NCBI GenBank assembly: GCA_963836235.1
Contig: CAWIIP010000004.1
Coordinates: 800,001-864,000 of the forward strand
Direction of reading: 5' to 3'
DNA from: an uncultured Pseudomonadota bacterium
Lineage (GTDB): Bacteria; Oederibacteriota; Muellerivitia; Muellerivitales; Muellerivitaceae
DNA length: 64,000 nt
Program-made: the position numbers and the translations under genes
Notes under the pieces: generated by a model
What the model was told of the DNA's origin: nothing
Databases searched by the model: none
The model's input: only the letters and a program-made list of their open reading frames with translations
Part shown: in pieces, positions 28,743 to 37,617 of the stretch
Layout of the letters: each line of letters starts with the position of its first letter
Position numbering within the stretch: the first letter of the stretch is position 1

Positions 28743-29243
28743 ATGATGAAAATTTATTTGAAGAAAACCATGTGGATCGTGTTTCTGCTTTTCGGTTTGA
28801 TTTGGATGCCGGTTCGAGTTCTAGCAGGGGATTCGCCTATTTTAGGAGGCGGCAATTTCGGGTTGGGATTGGAACTGGGCGATCCGGGAGCCTGGGGAGC
28901 GGTGGGGAAAATATGGATTGATAAAGCCAATGCTTTCCAGCCCGCCGTGAAAATAGGCGATGGATTGACCCTGCTTCAATTGGATTACCTCTGGCACGAT
29001 TACGATGTTATCCATCCCGAACATGGACTCATGCCGCTGTATTTTGGCGTGGGCGGGGATTTGGATCTCCAAAGTAACGTGGCGGTCGGGGCCCGGGGCG
29101 TGGTGGGGATTTCTTATTTGTTTAACCGTGTCGACGTACCGGTCGATATTTACGTACAACTTGTGCCGGAAATTTGGTTTTATAGCGGAGGCGTTTCCAA
29201 CTTTCAACTCTATGGAAATATTGGATCCCGTTATTACTTCTAA
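28743..29243 (+). CDS. Small outer-membrane beta-barrel protein
   Basis: Signal peptide, FGLG..LG.P, alternating beta strands, C-terminal RYYF. Confidence 0.7.
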   Translation: MMKIYLKKTMWIVFLLFGLIWMPVRVLAGDSPILGGGNFGLGLELGDPGAWGAVGKIWIDKANAFQPAVKIGDGLTLLQLDYLWHDYDVIHPEHGLMPLYFGVGGDLDLQSNVAVGARGVVGISYLFNRVDVPVDIYVQLVPEIWFYSGGVSNFQLYGNIGSRYYF

Positions 29244-29266
29244 TTTGAAATATTAAGGATTTTAAA

Positions 29267-30412
29267 ATGCCTTCGAAAGCCACGTCTTCCAAAAGCGCCT
29301 TAATGATGTACGCCGCCAGCGAGTATGATTCGAACCTTTATTATGCCGTGAAGTTCTCCGTCCCGGACCCTTTTCCCTATTTTCGAATCGGCGGGAAAAG
29401 CATGATCTTGATGAGCGACCTCGAATTAGGAAGATCCCAAAAGCAAGCGAAAGTCGACGAGGTTATTTCTTATTCGGATATCCAGGTAAAGGCCCGGAAG
29501 AACGGCGCCGAACGGCCAGGCGTGGCTGATGTTACGTCCTATTTCCTCAAATCTAAAAAGGTTAAAAAAATCCAAGTGCCGGATAATTTCAACCTGGGTT
29601 TAGCCGATGCCCTGAGAAAAAGAGGGGTCGAAGTCGTGAGTAAACCCGACCCCTTTTTTGAGGAGCGGGTTTATAAGTCCAGTCAGGAAGTAAAGATGAT
29701 TACGGCGTCCCTTCGTTATACCGAGGCCGCTATCCACAAATTAGAGGACTTGCTCCGAAAGTCCAAAATTATCGGAAAAAAAATATCCTACCGGGGTCAA
29801 TGGGTCACTTCCGAGTTGCTGAAAAAGGTTCTGAATGTCTCCATGATGGAGAATAACTGCGTGGGGAGCCATACCATCGTGGCCAGCGGCAACCAAGGAT
29901 GCGACCCCCACAACACGGGAACGGGGTTTGTCTGGACCAACCAGTCTTTGATCGTGGATGTTTTTCCCCGGTCAGGAGATACCTTTTATTACGCCGATAT
30001 TACCCGGACCTTTGTTAAGGGAAAGGCTTCCCCTGCGTTGAAAGCCCAGTATGACGCCGTCAAGGTGGCCCAAGAAAAGGGCATCGACATGGTCGCTCCC
30101 GGCGTAAACGGAAAAGACGTCCACCAAACGATTATGAGGGATATGGAAGGCCAGGGTTACATGACCGAGCGCCGAAAGGGAACGATGGTAGGCTTTTTCC
30201 ATGGGACTGGCCATGGGTTGGGACTGGATGTGCATGAACCGCCAAGGGTTAATTCCTCGGACCATGTTTTGAAAAAAGGCGAGGTGGTGACGGTGGAGCC
30301 GGGACTTTATTATCCGGGTGTGGGCGCGGTACGCATCGAGGATTTGCTGGTGGTCACGGATAAGGGACATCAAAACTTGACGGTTTATCCGAAAAAGCTG
30401 GAAATTCCCTAA
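29267..30412 (+). CDS. Xaa-Pro peptidase (M24B family)
   Basis: DITRT, HGTGHGLGLDVHE, TVEPGLY, VRIED. Confidence 0.93.
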   Translation: MPSKATSSKSALMMYAASEYDSNLYYAVKFSVPDPFPYFRIGGKSMILMSDLELGRSQKQAKVDEVISYSDIQVKARKNGAERPGVADVTSYFLKSKKVKKIQVPDNFNLGLADALRKRGVEVVSKPDPFFEERVYKSSQEVKMITASLRYTEAAIHKLEDLLRKSKIIGKKISYRGQWVTSELLKKVLNVSMMENNCVGSHTIVASGNQGCDPHNTGTGFVWTNQSLIVDVFPRSGDTFYYADITRTFVKGKASPALKAQYDAVKVAQEKGIDMVAPGVNGKDVHQTIMRDMEGQGYMTERRKGTMVGFFHGTGHGLGLDVHEPPRVNSSDHVLKKGEVVTVEPGLYYPGVGAVRIEDLLVVTDKGHQNLTVYPKKLEIP

Positions 30413-30453
30413 GAAGGATCGATTCTGGACAAGGGTTGGAAAAGAAAAATGAC

Positions 30454-30666
30454 CTAAGGTTGTTGCTGTTGTTGGGGCATCAGGGTTTTTAAAACGGCTT
30501 TGGAAGTGTCGTCACTGCTTCCCCCGGAAAACAAGAAATAAGAAAGAACAATTAACACTCCACCCCAAATCATCATTTTGGGGTTTTGGATTTTTTTTCC
30601 ACGAACTAGCATGTATGTTCCGATCGTTCCCATCGCGAAAGATACGAGTGTTAAAAAAATCGTCAT
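30454..30666 (-). CDS. Small membrane protein
   Basis: Two TM segments; directly follows the PBP gene. Confidence 0.55.
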   Translation of the reverse strand: MTIFLTLVSFAMGTIGTYMLVRGKKIQNPKMMIWGGVLIVLSYFLFSGGSSDDTSKAVLKTLMPQQQQQP

Positions 30667-30676
30667 CCGATACCGC

Positions 30677-32503
30677 CTATTTCTTATCGTTGTTTGAAGT
30701 TAAATCCATGAAATCCATGATTCCCTCGAACACTTTCTTGGCGATGGGCGCGGCAATGTCTTTTCCGGTCCCGCCATTTTCGGCGATGATCGCCATGGCA
30801 ATTTTGGGATTTTCCACGGGGGCAAAACAGATAAACCAGGCGTGGAAATTAGGGTCGCGGCTACCGGATGTACCGGTTTTACCAGCGATTTGGATTCCCT
30901 TGACTCTGGCCTTCACCCCTATACCTCTTTCCACATCGTTGAGCATCATAGTGGTGAGGAATTGGGCTGTTTGGCGGCTGATGGTATTTTTGTAGAGGAC
31001 CGGTTTGTTTTCCTGGAGGACCTTACCGTTGATATTGGTCAGTTTGTCGGTGAGGTAGGGAGACATCATGACCCCGTCATTGGCGATGGCGGAAACCATC
31101 ATAGCGGCGTTTAGAGGCGTAATGCGAAAGGCCGGGCCCAATCCGGTGGCGGTTTCAGCCAATTCATATCGGGTCAGTCCCAATTTGGGGGAAGTACTGG
31201 CGGTTACTGGGAGTTCAATGGTTTTCGGAACGGAGTTGAAGCCAAACCGGTTGTTGTATTCAAAAAGGGTGTCTTCCCCTAAAGCGAAACCAAGACGGGC
31301 ATAAGCCATATTGCAGGAGGTGTCAAAAGCTTCCTCTAGGCTTTTGATAAATTTGTGCTTACCCCAATCCATGAAAATCTTGCCGTCGATATAAGTATAT
31401 CCCTTGCAATAAAAGGGAAAAACCGGAGTGAGGCTGATGTTTTTCTCGACGGCCGCCGCCGAGCTGATAATTTTAATGATAGAACCAGGTTCATAGAGGG
31501 TTTCAAAGGCCCGGTTTTTCAGGGGTGTGTTTTTATTCGCGATGTAATTCCACCATTCGTCATGGACTTTTTCAGGAGTATAGGTGGGTTGGGAGACGCA
31601 ACCGAGAATCTCCCCGGTGCGGGGGTCGAGAGCCACAATGGAGCCTTTTTGCCATCCTAAGGCCTTGGAAAGGACCCGTTGGATGCGGCTGTCGATGGTC
31701 AGGTAAAGCTTATTGCCGGGAAAATATTGCTGATAAACCTTTTCGAGGCCGGTCGCCCCCCGGTTATTGGTAGCTTGCTGGTCCACATAACCAATAAGGT
31801 GGGCGAATTCCTTGCCCATGGGATAACCGCGTTCGCCGTTTTTCGTCCATTGGAGAGCGAGAGGAACGCCGTTGCGGTCGAAAATGTAATAAACCGAACC
31901 CCGGTCCCGCTCCTCGCGGGCCTGTTCCAACAGGACCTGCATCTTTTTGTTCTTTGGGTCGTAATTAAGGGCCGCTTCATAATACTTTTCACCCTTGCTG
32001 ACCTGGCCGAGAGCCCTTTCAACAGTTCCCAAAGCGACGTATATGTCGGGATTATTGGGTTGGAGTTCCAAGGCGTGCTGTAACTCTAATTCAGCGATGT
32101 TGTATTTACCATCATCGATAAATGTTTGGCCGGTTTTCAAATGGCTGAATTTCTTGCTGAACCCCAAACCCATTTTCATGGCTTGGTCGTAAAGCTCCTT
32201 CGCCTTATCCAGGTTCCCCGATTTCATTTCGATCAAACCCAGGCCATCGACCGCTTTTGCGTCACCTGGGGTTCGGGTCAGAACCTTGTTGAATTCCATT
32301 TTGGCCAGTTCTAAATCTCCGGACCTCCAATATTTTAGGCCCTTTATATAGTTGTATTGGTTCATTAAGGAGGTTTTGGACATGACCAAACCAATAAATA
32401 ATAGCGAAAACACGATTACTGTACGAAAGGAGGGAAGCTTGGTGCGCCGATGCCGCGAAAGGGGCAATGGTTTGTAACGCTTAAAAGGGTCAATCAAAGC
32501 CAT
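30677..32503 (-). CDS. TPR-repeat / penicillin-binding transpeptidase fusion (class B PBP-like)
   Basis: TM anchor, several TPRs, then LTID..IQ, PGSIIK (SxxK), SCN, KTGT; AAAGGAG RBS before ATG 32503. Confidence 0.85.
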   Translation of the reverse strand: MALIDPFKRYKPLPLSRHRRTKLPSFRTVIVFSLLFIGLVMSKTSLMNQYNYIKGLKYWRSGDLELAKMEFNKVLTRTPGDAKAVDGLGLIEMKSGNLDKAKELYDQAMKMGLGFSKKFSHLKTGQTFIDDGKYNIAELELQHALELQPNNPDIYVALGTVERALGQVSKGEKYYEAALNYDPKNKKMQVLLEQAREERDRGSVYYIFDRNGVPLALQWTKNGERGYPMGKEFAHLIGYVDQQATNNRGATGLEKVYQQYFPGNKLYLTIDSRIQRVLSKALGWQKGSIVALDPRTGEILGCVSQPTYTPEKVHDEWWNYIANKNTPLKNRAFETLYEPGSIIKIISSAAAVEKNISLTPVFPFYCKGYTYIDGKIFMDWGKHKFIKSLEEAFDTSCNMAYARLGFALGEDTLFEYNNRFGFNSVPKTIELPVTASTSPKLGLTRYELAETATGLGPAFRITPLNAAMMVSAIANDGVMMSPYLTDKLTNINGKVLQENKPVLYKNTISRQTAQFLTTMMLNDVERGIGVKARVKGIQIAGKTGTSGSRDPNFHAWFICFAPVENPKIAMAIIAENGGTGKDIAAPIAKKVFEGIMDFMDLTSNNDKK

Positions 32504-32687
32504 GAAAGAAAACTCCTTTGGATGAGAACCCAGGCATTTTAATGGTAATGAAAGAGTAATAAAGGGAAAAAACCCCTCATTTGGGTTCGGCATTTTTTCT
32601 TCGGGAAGAGAGATTGCGCCAGGATTCAAAGACCACTATAACGAAAGGTGGTCGAAGTAGGAGTACACCGTTCGAAAAAGGTAATAA

Positions 32688-33935
32688 ATGACTCAGGAAT
32701 GGTTTTTGATTGTGGCGGGATTTGCCCTTGGAATTTCGATATTAATCCTCCAACTTAAGAAATCTGAAAACAGGTCGAATGCTTCTTTTGAGAGTCAATT
32801 GATGAATTTGGCCAAAGAGCAGGAACGCTTTGAAAAGGTGCTCAAGGATGAAATGGGCCGGGGTAGGGAGGCTTCCAGTGTCCAAGAAAGGGCGGCAAGA
32901 GAGGAATTAAACCGTCTGCTTTTGCAAATAACTCAAGTGAATGAGCAAAAACTTGAGGCCATCCGACAAACATTGGAAAAACAATTGAAAACTTTGCAAG
33001 AGGATAACGGGCAAAAACTTGATCAAATGAGATTAATCGTGGACGAGAAGCTTCAAGCGACCCTCGAAAAGAGGTTGAGCGATTCTTTTCGGCAGGTGAG
33101 CGAACGCTTGGAAAAGGTGCACCAGGGATTGGGCGAGATGCAAATCTTGGCATCGAGCGTGGGGGATTTGAAGGCCGTTTTAACCAATGTTAAAACCCGT
33201 GGAACCTGGGGTGAAGTCCAATTGGAGAGCCTGCTCTCGCAGATGCTTTCCCCAGAACAATTTACAAAAAATGTGGCGACGAAAAAAGGAAGTGAAGACA
33301 GGGTGGAGTTTGCGATCCGATTGCCGGGGCGAGGCCCAACCGACGAGGACGAAATTTGGCTTCCGATTGATGCCAAGTTCCCCTTGGAAGATTACCAGCG
33401 ATTGATGACCGCGTTAGAAGTTGGAGATGTCGCCGGAGCTGAAGAACATTCAAAAAACCTCGTCCAGCGAATCAAAATGGAAGCCAAGGCTATCAAAGAA
33501 AAGTATTTGGACCCGCCTTATACCACCGATTTTGGGATTTTGTTTCTCCCGACCGAGGGCTTGTACGCGGAGGTACTTCGTCAGCCGGGACTTTCGGATT
33601 TTTTGCAACGGGAACACCGTATCGTCATAACGGGACCCACGACATTAGCCGCAATATTAAACAGCCTGCAAATAGGTTTCCGTACCTTAGCTATTGAAAA
33701 AAGATCCAGCGAGGTGTGGATTTTATTGGCGTCGGTCAAGAAAGAGTTTGGTTTATTCGCCGATATTTTGGATAAAACCCAAAAAAAATTGCAGGAAGCC
33801 AGCAACACTATTGAAAGGGCGTCCGTCAAAACACGTACGATTGAAAGAAAGCTTAAGGGTGTAGAGGGACTTTCGATTGCGGAAAATGTACCTTTGGCAG
33901 AAGAACAACATGATTTATTAAGCGAAGATGAATAA
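32688..33935 (+). CDS. rmuC: DNA recombination protein RmuC
   Basis: LTNVKTRGTWGE.QL, LPIDAKFP.EDY, FLPTEGLYAE, GPTTL.A.LNSLQ.GF. Confidence 0.95.
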   Translation: MTQEWFLIVAGFALGISILILQLKKSENRSNASFESQLMNLAKEQERFEKVLKDEMGRGREASSVQERAAREELNRLLLQITQVNEQKLEAIRQTLEKQLKTLQEDNGQKLDQMRLIVDEKLQATLEKRLSDSFRQVSERLEKVHQGLGEMQILASSVGDLKAVLTNVKTRGTWGEVQLESLLSQMLSPEQFTKNVATKKGSEDRVEFAIRLPGRGPTDEDEIWLPIDAKFPLEDYQRLMTALEVGDVAGAEEHSKNLVQRIKMEAKAIKEKYLDPPYTTDFGILFLPTEGLYAEVLRQPGLSDFLQREHRIVITGPTTLAAILNSLQIGFRTLAIEKRSSEVWILLASVKKEFGLFADILDKTQKKLQEASNTIERASVKTRTIERKLKGVEGLSIAENVPLAEEQHDLLSEDE

Positions 33936-34132
33936 AATCCAGGCCTGTTTATTGGCTTTACTTTGGAAAAGATTGAACTTTTTATTTGTTTATCTAATAT
34001 TAGTTGAGCAATACCCACCCATTTTGGGTAGATGGCTGAACTTTAAGTAAGCCCTTTTTACCCTGTGATGGAAATCCATTGGCTTCCTGAAAACCAATTT
34101 ATTGGCATAGTAAGGTAAGCAAAGGAATACAA

Positions 34133-36349
34133 ATGAAAATTACTTCGGTTGCTCCCGGTTGTTATCATTTAGAAGGGCCGACAAGTTGCGCCTTGTTGGG
34201 TAGTCCGCCCGAAATCCTAAAAGCTCTTCTTAAACAAAAGAAAAAAATCCCTCACGTTGGCCTTTTACCGGACATCTCTCACAAAAATGGTGTTTCCCAA
34301 ATGGCGTTCGAATTTTTGGGTTATTGGTTTTTATTCATTGATCAAGGATACCAACTTGGTAAAAGATTCCGTGTTTTGGGAACAAGAAAAATGTGCGAAA
34401 AGCTTTACGATATCCTTCGAATTACGCTCTTGGGTCCTAGTCGCGACGATATGAAAAGATGGGGACTAAACAAAAACCGTATTGATATGCTGGCTAAAAT
34501 GGCAGAAGGAATGGCCATTAAAAAAGGGAAGCGAATACTTCAGATCGAGGATTTGTTCGACTTTGTTCATATGCCCGAGGAAGAGGGCGAAGTTTCGGTT
34601 CCGATCTTCTCCGATTCTAATGGTTTTTTGATTAAACGGATGGGAAACAATCGGTATGAAATATCGGATCGCGGAATTCTTCACCAAATCAACTTGAATT
34701 TTGAAGGGGAACAATTGCATCCTTTGGTGGATTTGACGGGTGAGGTTGAAAAACCGGAAGCTTTTCGGCTGAAGGTTTTGGGATGTTATACGGGTTTTGA
34801 TCCTGCCGGCCCTACTACAGGAATGCTATTGTGGGTGAACGGTAATGGATTTCTTATTGATTCGCCCGCGGGAATCAGTAAATATTTAAAACAAGTTGGA
34901 GTGGCAAAGAACCGGTTAACTGCCATCCTTCAAACGCACGTTCATGACGATCACTGCGCCTTAAGCGAGTTGATGCTTTCCGAACATTCTTTTTCTCTCA
35001 TAACCACCAGGGAAATTTTTGAATGCACCGTGATTAAAGTGGCTCATATCATTGATGAGCCGGTGGATGTTGTGAAAACCATGGTGAAGTTTGTAGAGGT
35101 AATCCCCGGAAAGATTTATCGCATGTTTGGGGCCACCTGGGAATTTTTTTATACGGTGCATTCCATTCCGACGATTGGTTTTCGAGTTGCGGTTGCGGAT
35201 GAGAATGGAAAGCCCTGCACACTCCTGCATTCCAGTGACTTGGATCATTTTAAAGGGATGGAACAACTGGTATTAGAGGGTTCCATTAGTCGGGAACATT
35301 ACGACCGGATGAAGAATCTAGTTCGTGGGGATGAGCGGTTAGCCATGATTGATGCGGGTGGTGGCTTGATTCACGGTGAAGCATCGGATTGGGATGGGAT
35401 GATTGCCCGATATCCCGAAACAGAATTTCTTTTTTACCATGTGAATCCATCCAAGGTTGATTCGAAGAAGTATCAGGTGGCTCAGCCAGGATGGGGCAAA
35501 ACCTTGATGAAAGAAAGACATTTTCCGCAGTCGGTTTATTCAGGTGTCTTACAAACTTTAAAATTGTTTGAAGTGAAGGATCACCATTGGATCAACGTGA
35601 TTTTCTCACTTGGGCAGTTGGTGGAACTACCAAATCATTTTGAGGTGGTCAAAAAGGGCCAGGAGGGGGACTCGTTTTATTTTATTCTTTCTGGGGTGTT
35701 GGATGTTCTGGATCCAGAGAATAAAAAAGATACATTGCTAGCGACTTTGGAAAGTGGAGATTTTTTTGGTGAAATGTCAATTATTAATAAGTCGAAAACC
35801 AATGCGACAGTAGTATCCCGAACTCCGGTCATATTATTCAAACTGGCTGGTGATCTGTTTCTGGAATTTGTCGAGAAAAATGACTTGAAGGAAAGTTTTT
35901 CGAACCTTTGGCGAAGAAGGCCCTTAATATCGTCGATTTCTATTTTTCGAGATCTAGATCCAACCGCTAAACATGAGATTTCCCTTTTGGCCAAAAATCA
36001 GAATTTTTCAAAAGATGAGATGATTGTAAGACAGGGAAGCAAAACGGAGGATTTCTATATCATTTCTTCTGGAAAGGTTGAAATTTATCGAAAGAACGAT
36101 CACGGTAACGTGGCTTTTTCAACCGAATTGAAGTCAGGTGATTTTTTTGGAGAGAACGTTGCCATGGGTTATGCAGACAAACGGAACGCAAGTGCCCAGG
36201 CCATAACGGAAGTGACCACGCTTGTTATTTCGTCAAAGGAGTTGAGGAATCTTGCTAAACGAATGCCGATTCTCCGCCATAAACTTCATTTAGTTATGAA
36301 GAGCCGTGGGGTGGGGGAAGAGGTGTTAGAAAAGGTAATGATTTCTTAA
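34133..36349 (+). CDS. MBL-fold metallohydrolase with two C-terminal cNMP-binding domains
   Basis: THVHDDH, HSIPT; two GDFFGE...A motifs. Confidence 0.8.
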   Translation: MKITSVAPGCYHLEGPTSCALLGSPPEILKALLKQKKKIPHVGLLPDISHKNGVSQMAFEFLGYWFLFIDQGYQLGKRFRVLGTRKMCEKLYDILRITLLGPSRDDMKRWGLNKNRIDMLAKMAEGMAIKKGKRILQIEDLFDFVHMPEEEGEVSVPIFSDSNGFLIKRMGNNRYEISDRGILHQINLNFEGEQLHPLVDLTGEVEKPEAFRLKVLGCYTGFDPAGPTTGMLLWVNGNGFLIDSPAGISKYLKQVGVAKNRLTAILQTHVHDDHCALSELMLSEHSFSLITTREIFECTVIKVAHIIDEPVDVVKTMVKFVEVIPGKIYRMFGATWEFFYTVHSIPTIGFRVAVADENGKPCTLLHSSDLDHFKGMEQLVLEGSISREHYDRMKNLVRGDERLAMIDAGGGLIHGEASDWDGMIARYPETEFLFYHVNPSKVDSKKYQVAQPGWGKTLMKERHFPQSVYSGVLQTLKLFEVKDHHWINVIFSLGQLVELPNHFEVVKKGQEGDSFYFILSGVLDVLDPENKKDTLLATLESGDFFGEMSIINKSKTNATVVSRTPVILFKLAGDLFLEFVEKNDLKESFSNLWRRRPLISSISIFRDLDPTAKHEISLLAKNQNFSKDEMIVRQGSKTEDFYIISSGKVEIYRKNDHGNVAFSTELKSGDFFGENVAMGYADKRNASAQAITEVTTLVISSKELRNLAKRMPILRHKLHLVMKSRGVGEEVLEKVMIS

Positions 36350-36409
36350 TTCATAAGTAAATTTTCAAATCTGCTGGAGAAAAACCAAGGGACTTTGAAA
36401 GATTTTGAC

Positions 36410-37021
36410 TTAGGGTTTATTTTCATCTTCTTTTTGAATTTGTTGAACTGTGTAAAGGATTTCGTTATCCGTGGGTCGGTCGACGGCATTCTTTCCGATA
36501 TATTTAAACCGGACTTTCCGATAGGGATCGATGATGATGATTGTCGGACGGGCGATGTCGTGAATTCCATGCCCCCCCACGTGCCGTGCTCCGTAAGCGT
36601 CAATTACTTTAAGGGTTGGGTCTGACAAAAGAGGGAATGGAAAATTCCATTGCCGGTTGAGATCGGACGAATCCTCAAGTTCGTCCACGCTAATTGCCGC
36701 TATAGTGGCGTGGAGGGCGGTAAATTTGGGATAATCTGTTTTCAGTTCGGCCAATTGCTCTTGGCAAGCACCACACCAGTGGCCCCGATAGAGTACCAAG
36801 ACTAAGTACCAGCCTGGGGATACTTGCGACATTTTTACCAATTGACCCGTGCTGCTCATAAGGGAAAAATCGTAGGCCATGTCTCCGGTCTGGAGGCCGC
36901 CTGGTTTCAAAATCAGCCTATCCTCGTTGGAGTCGCAACCAGAAAAGAAGGCGAGACCCAAAGCTAATAGAAGAAATAATATTGTTGAATGAAAATTCGA
37001 AAATCGATAGTTTTTTTTCAC
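36410..37021 (-). CDS. Peroxiredoxin-like AhpC/TSA family lipoprotein
   Basis: Lipobox-like FSGC, YRGHWCGAC, FPLLSD. Confidence 0.8.
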   Translation of the reverse strand: MKKNYRFSNFHSTILFLLLALGLAFFSGCDSNEDRLILKPGGLQTGDMAYDFSLMSSTGQLVKMSQVSPGWYLVLVLYRGHWCGACQEQLAELKTDYPKFTALHATIAAISVDELEDSSDLNRQWNFPFPLLSDPTLKVIDAYGARHVGGHGIHDIARPTIIIIDPYRKVRFKYIGKNAVDRPTDNEILYTVQQIQKEDENKP

Positions 37022-37498
37022 TGTAAAGACTCTTTATTAAGAACTTTCACTGGCTACTAGTGTGTTCAAACTTTTGTCAGCTTCAAAGTTTTTTGGCCTA
37101 GCCTAGAAAAAATAAATTTTATGGAATCCCCGGTTTTTGTTCTTTTTCTGGGATGATTGATTATTACTAAATCTTAGATTTTTGCGTTCAGTGGACTACA
37201 CCATGGAGTAACCGTCTTTATTTTCCTCGAATTCCCCCTTTGGAGGGAAGGTCAAAGTAGGGTAGCTTAGATCGACTTGATAAGAGAAACAGCACCCCTA
37301 TCTCAAGGTCAGAGGGTTGCTGAGTAGGCGCCACAAGTGGGTAGTGAGTTTTATTTAAATTGAATACTATCGTCAGTTACTAGACGATTTTTGTCAAAAT
37401 TTGTGACAATTTAATTTAAACCGGAAACGTTTAAAAGGATTGAAAGACCTTAATTTATTGAATATCTGTGTTTACCATTAAACTAAAATGCTTGAAAA

Positions 37499-37512
37499 GG
37501 CATGAAAATTGC
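37499..37512 (+). promoter_or_regulatory. Sigma54 -24/-12 promoter candidate
   Basis: GGCATGAAAATTGC (GG-N10-GC). Confidence 0.6.
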
Positions 37513-37617
37513 TTAAATTCACACAAGCTAGTTGTGGTAAACTTTAAATGTGCTTAAATTCGCCCAATACGACTACTAAAATAAATTTTGATCGGATAAA
37601 AATTGAGAGTTGGCTTA

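Noticed and set aside
32662-32674. AGTAC-ACC-GTTCG upstream of rmuC as an SOS box
   Set aside because: Spacer is 3 nt and it does not match the recA palindrome.
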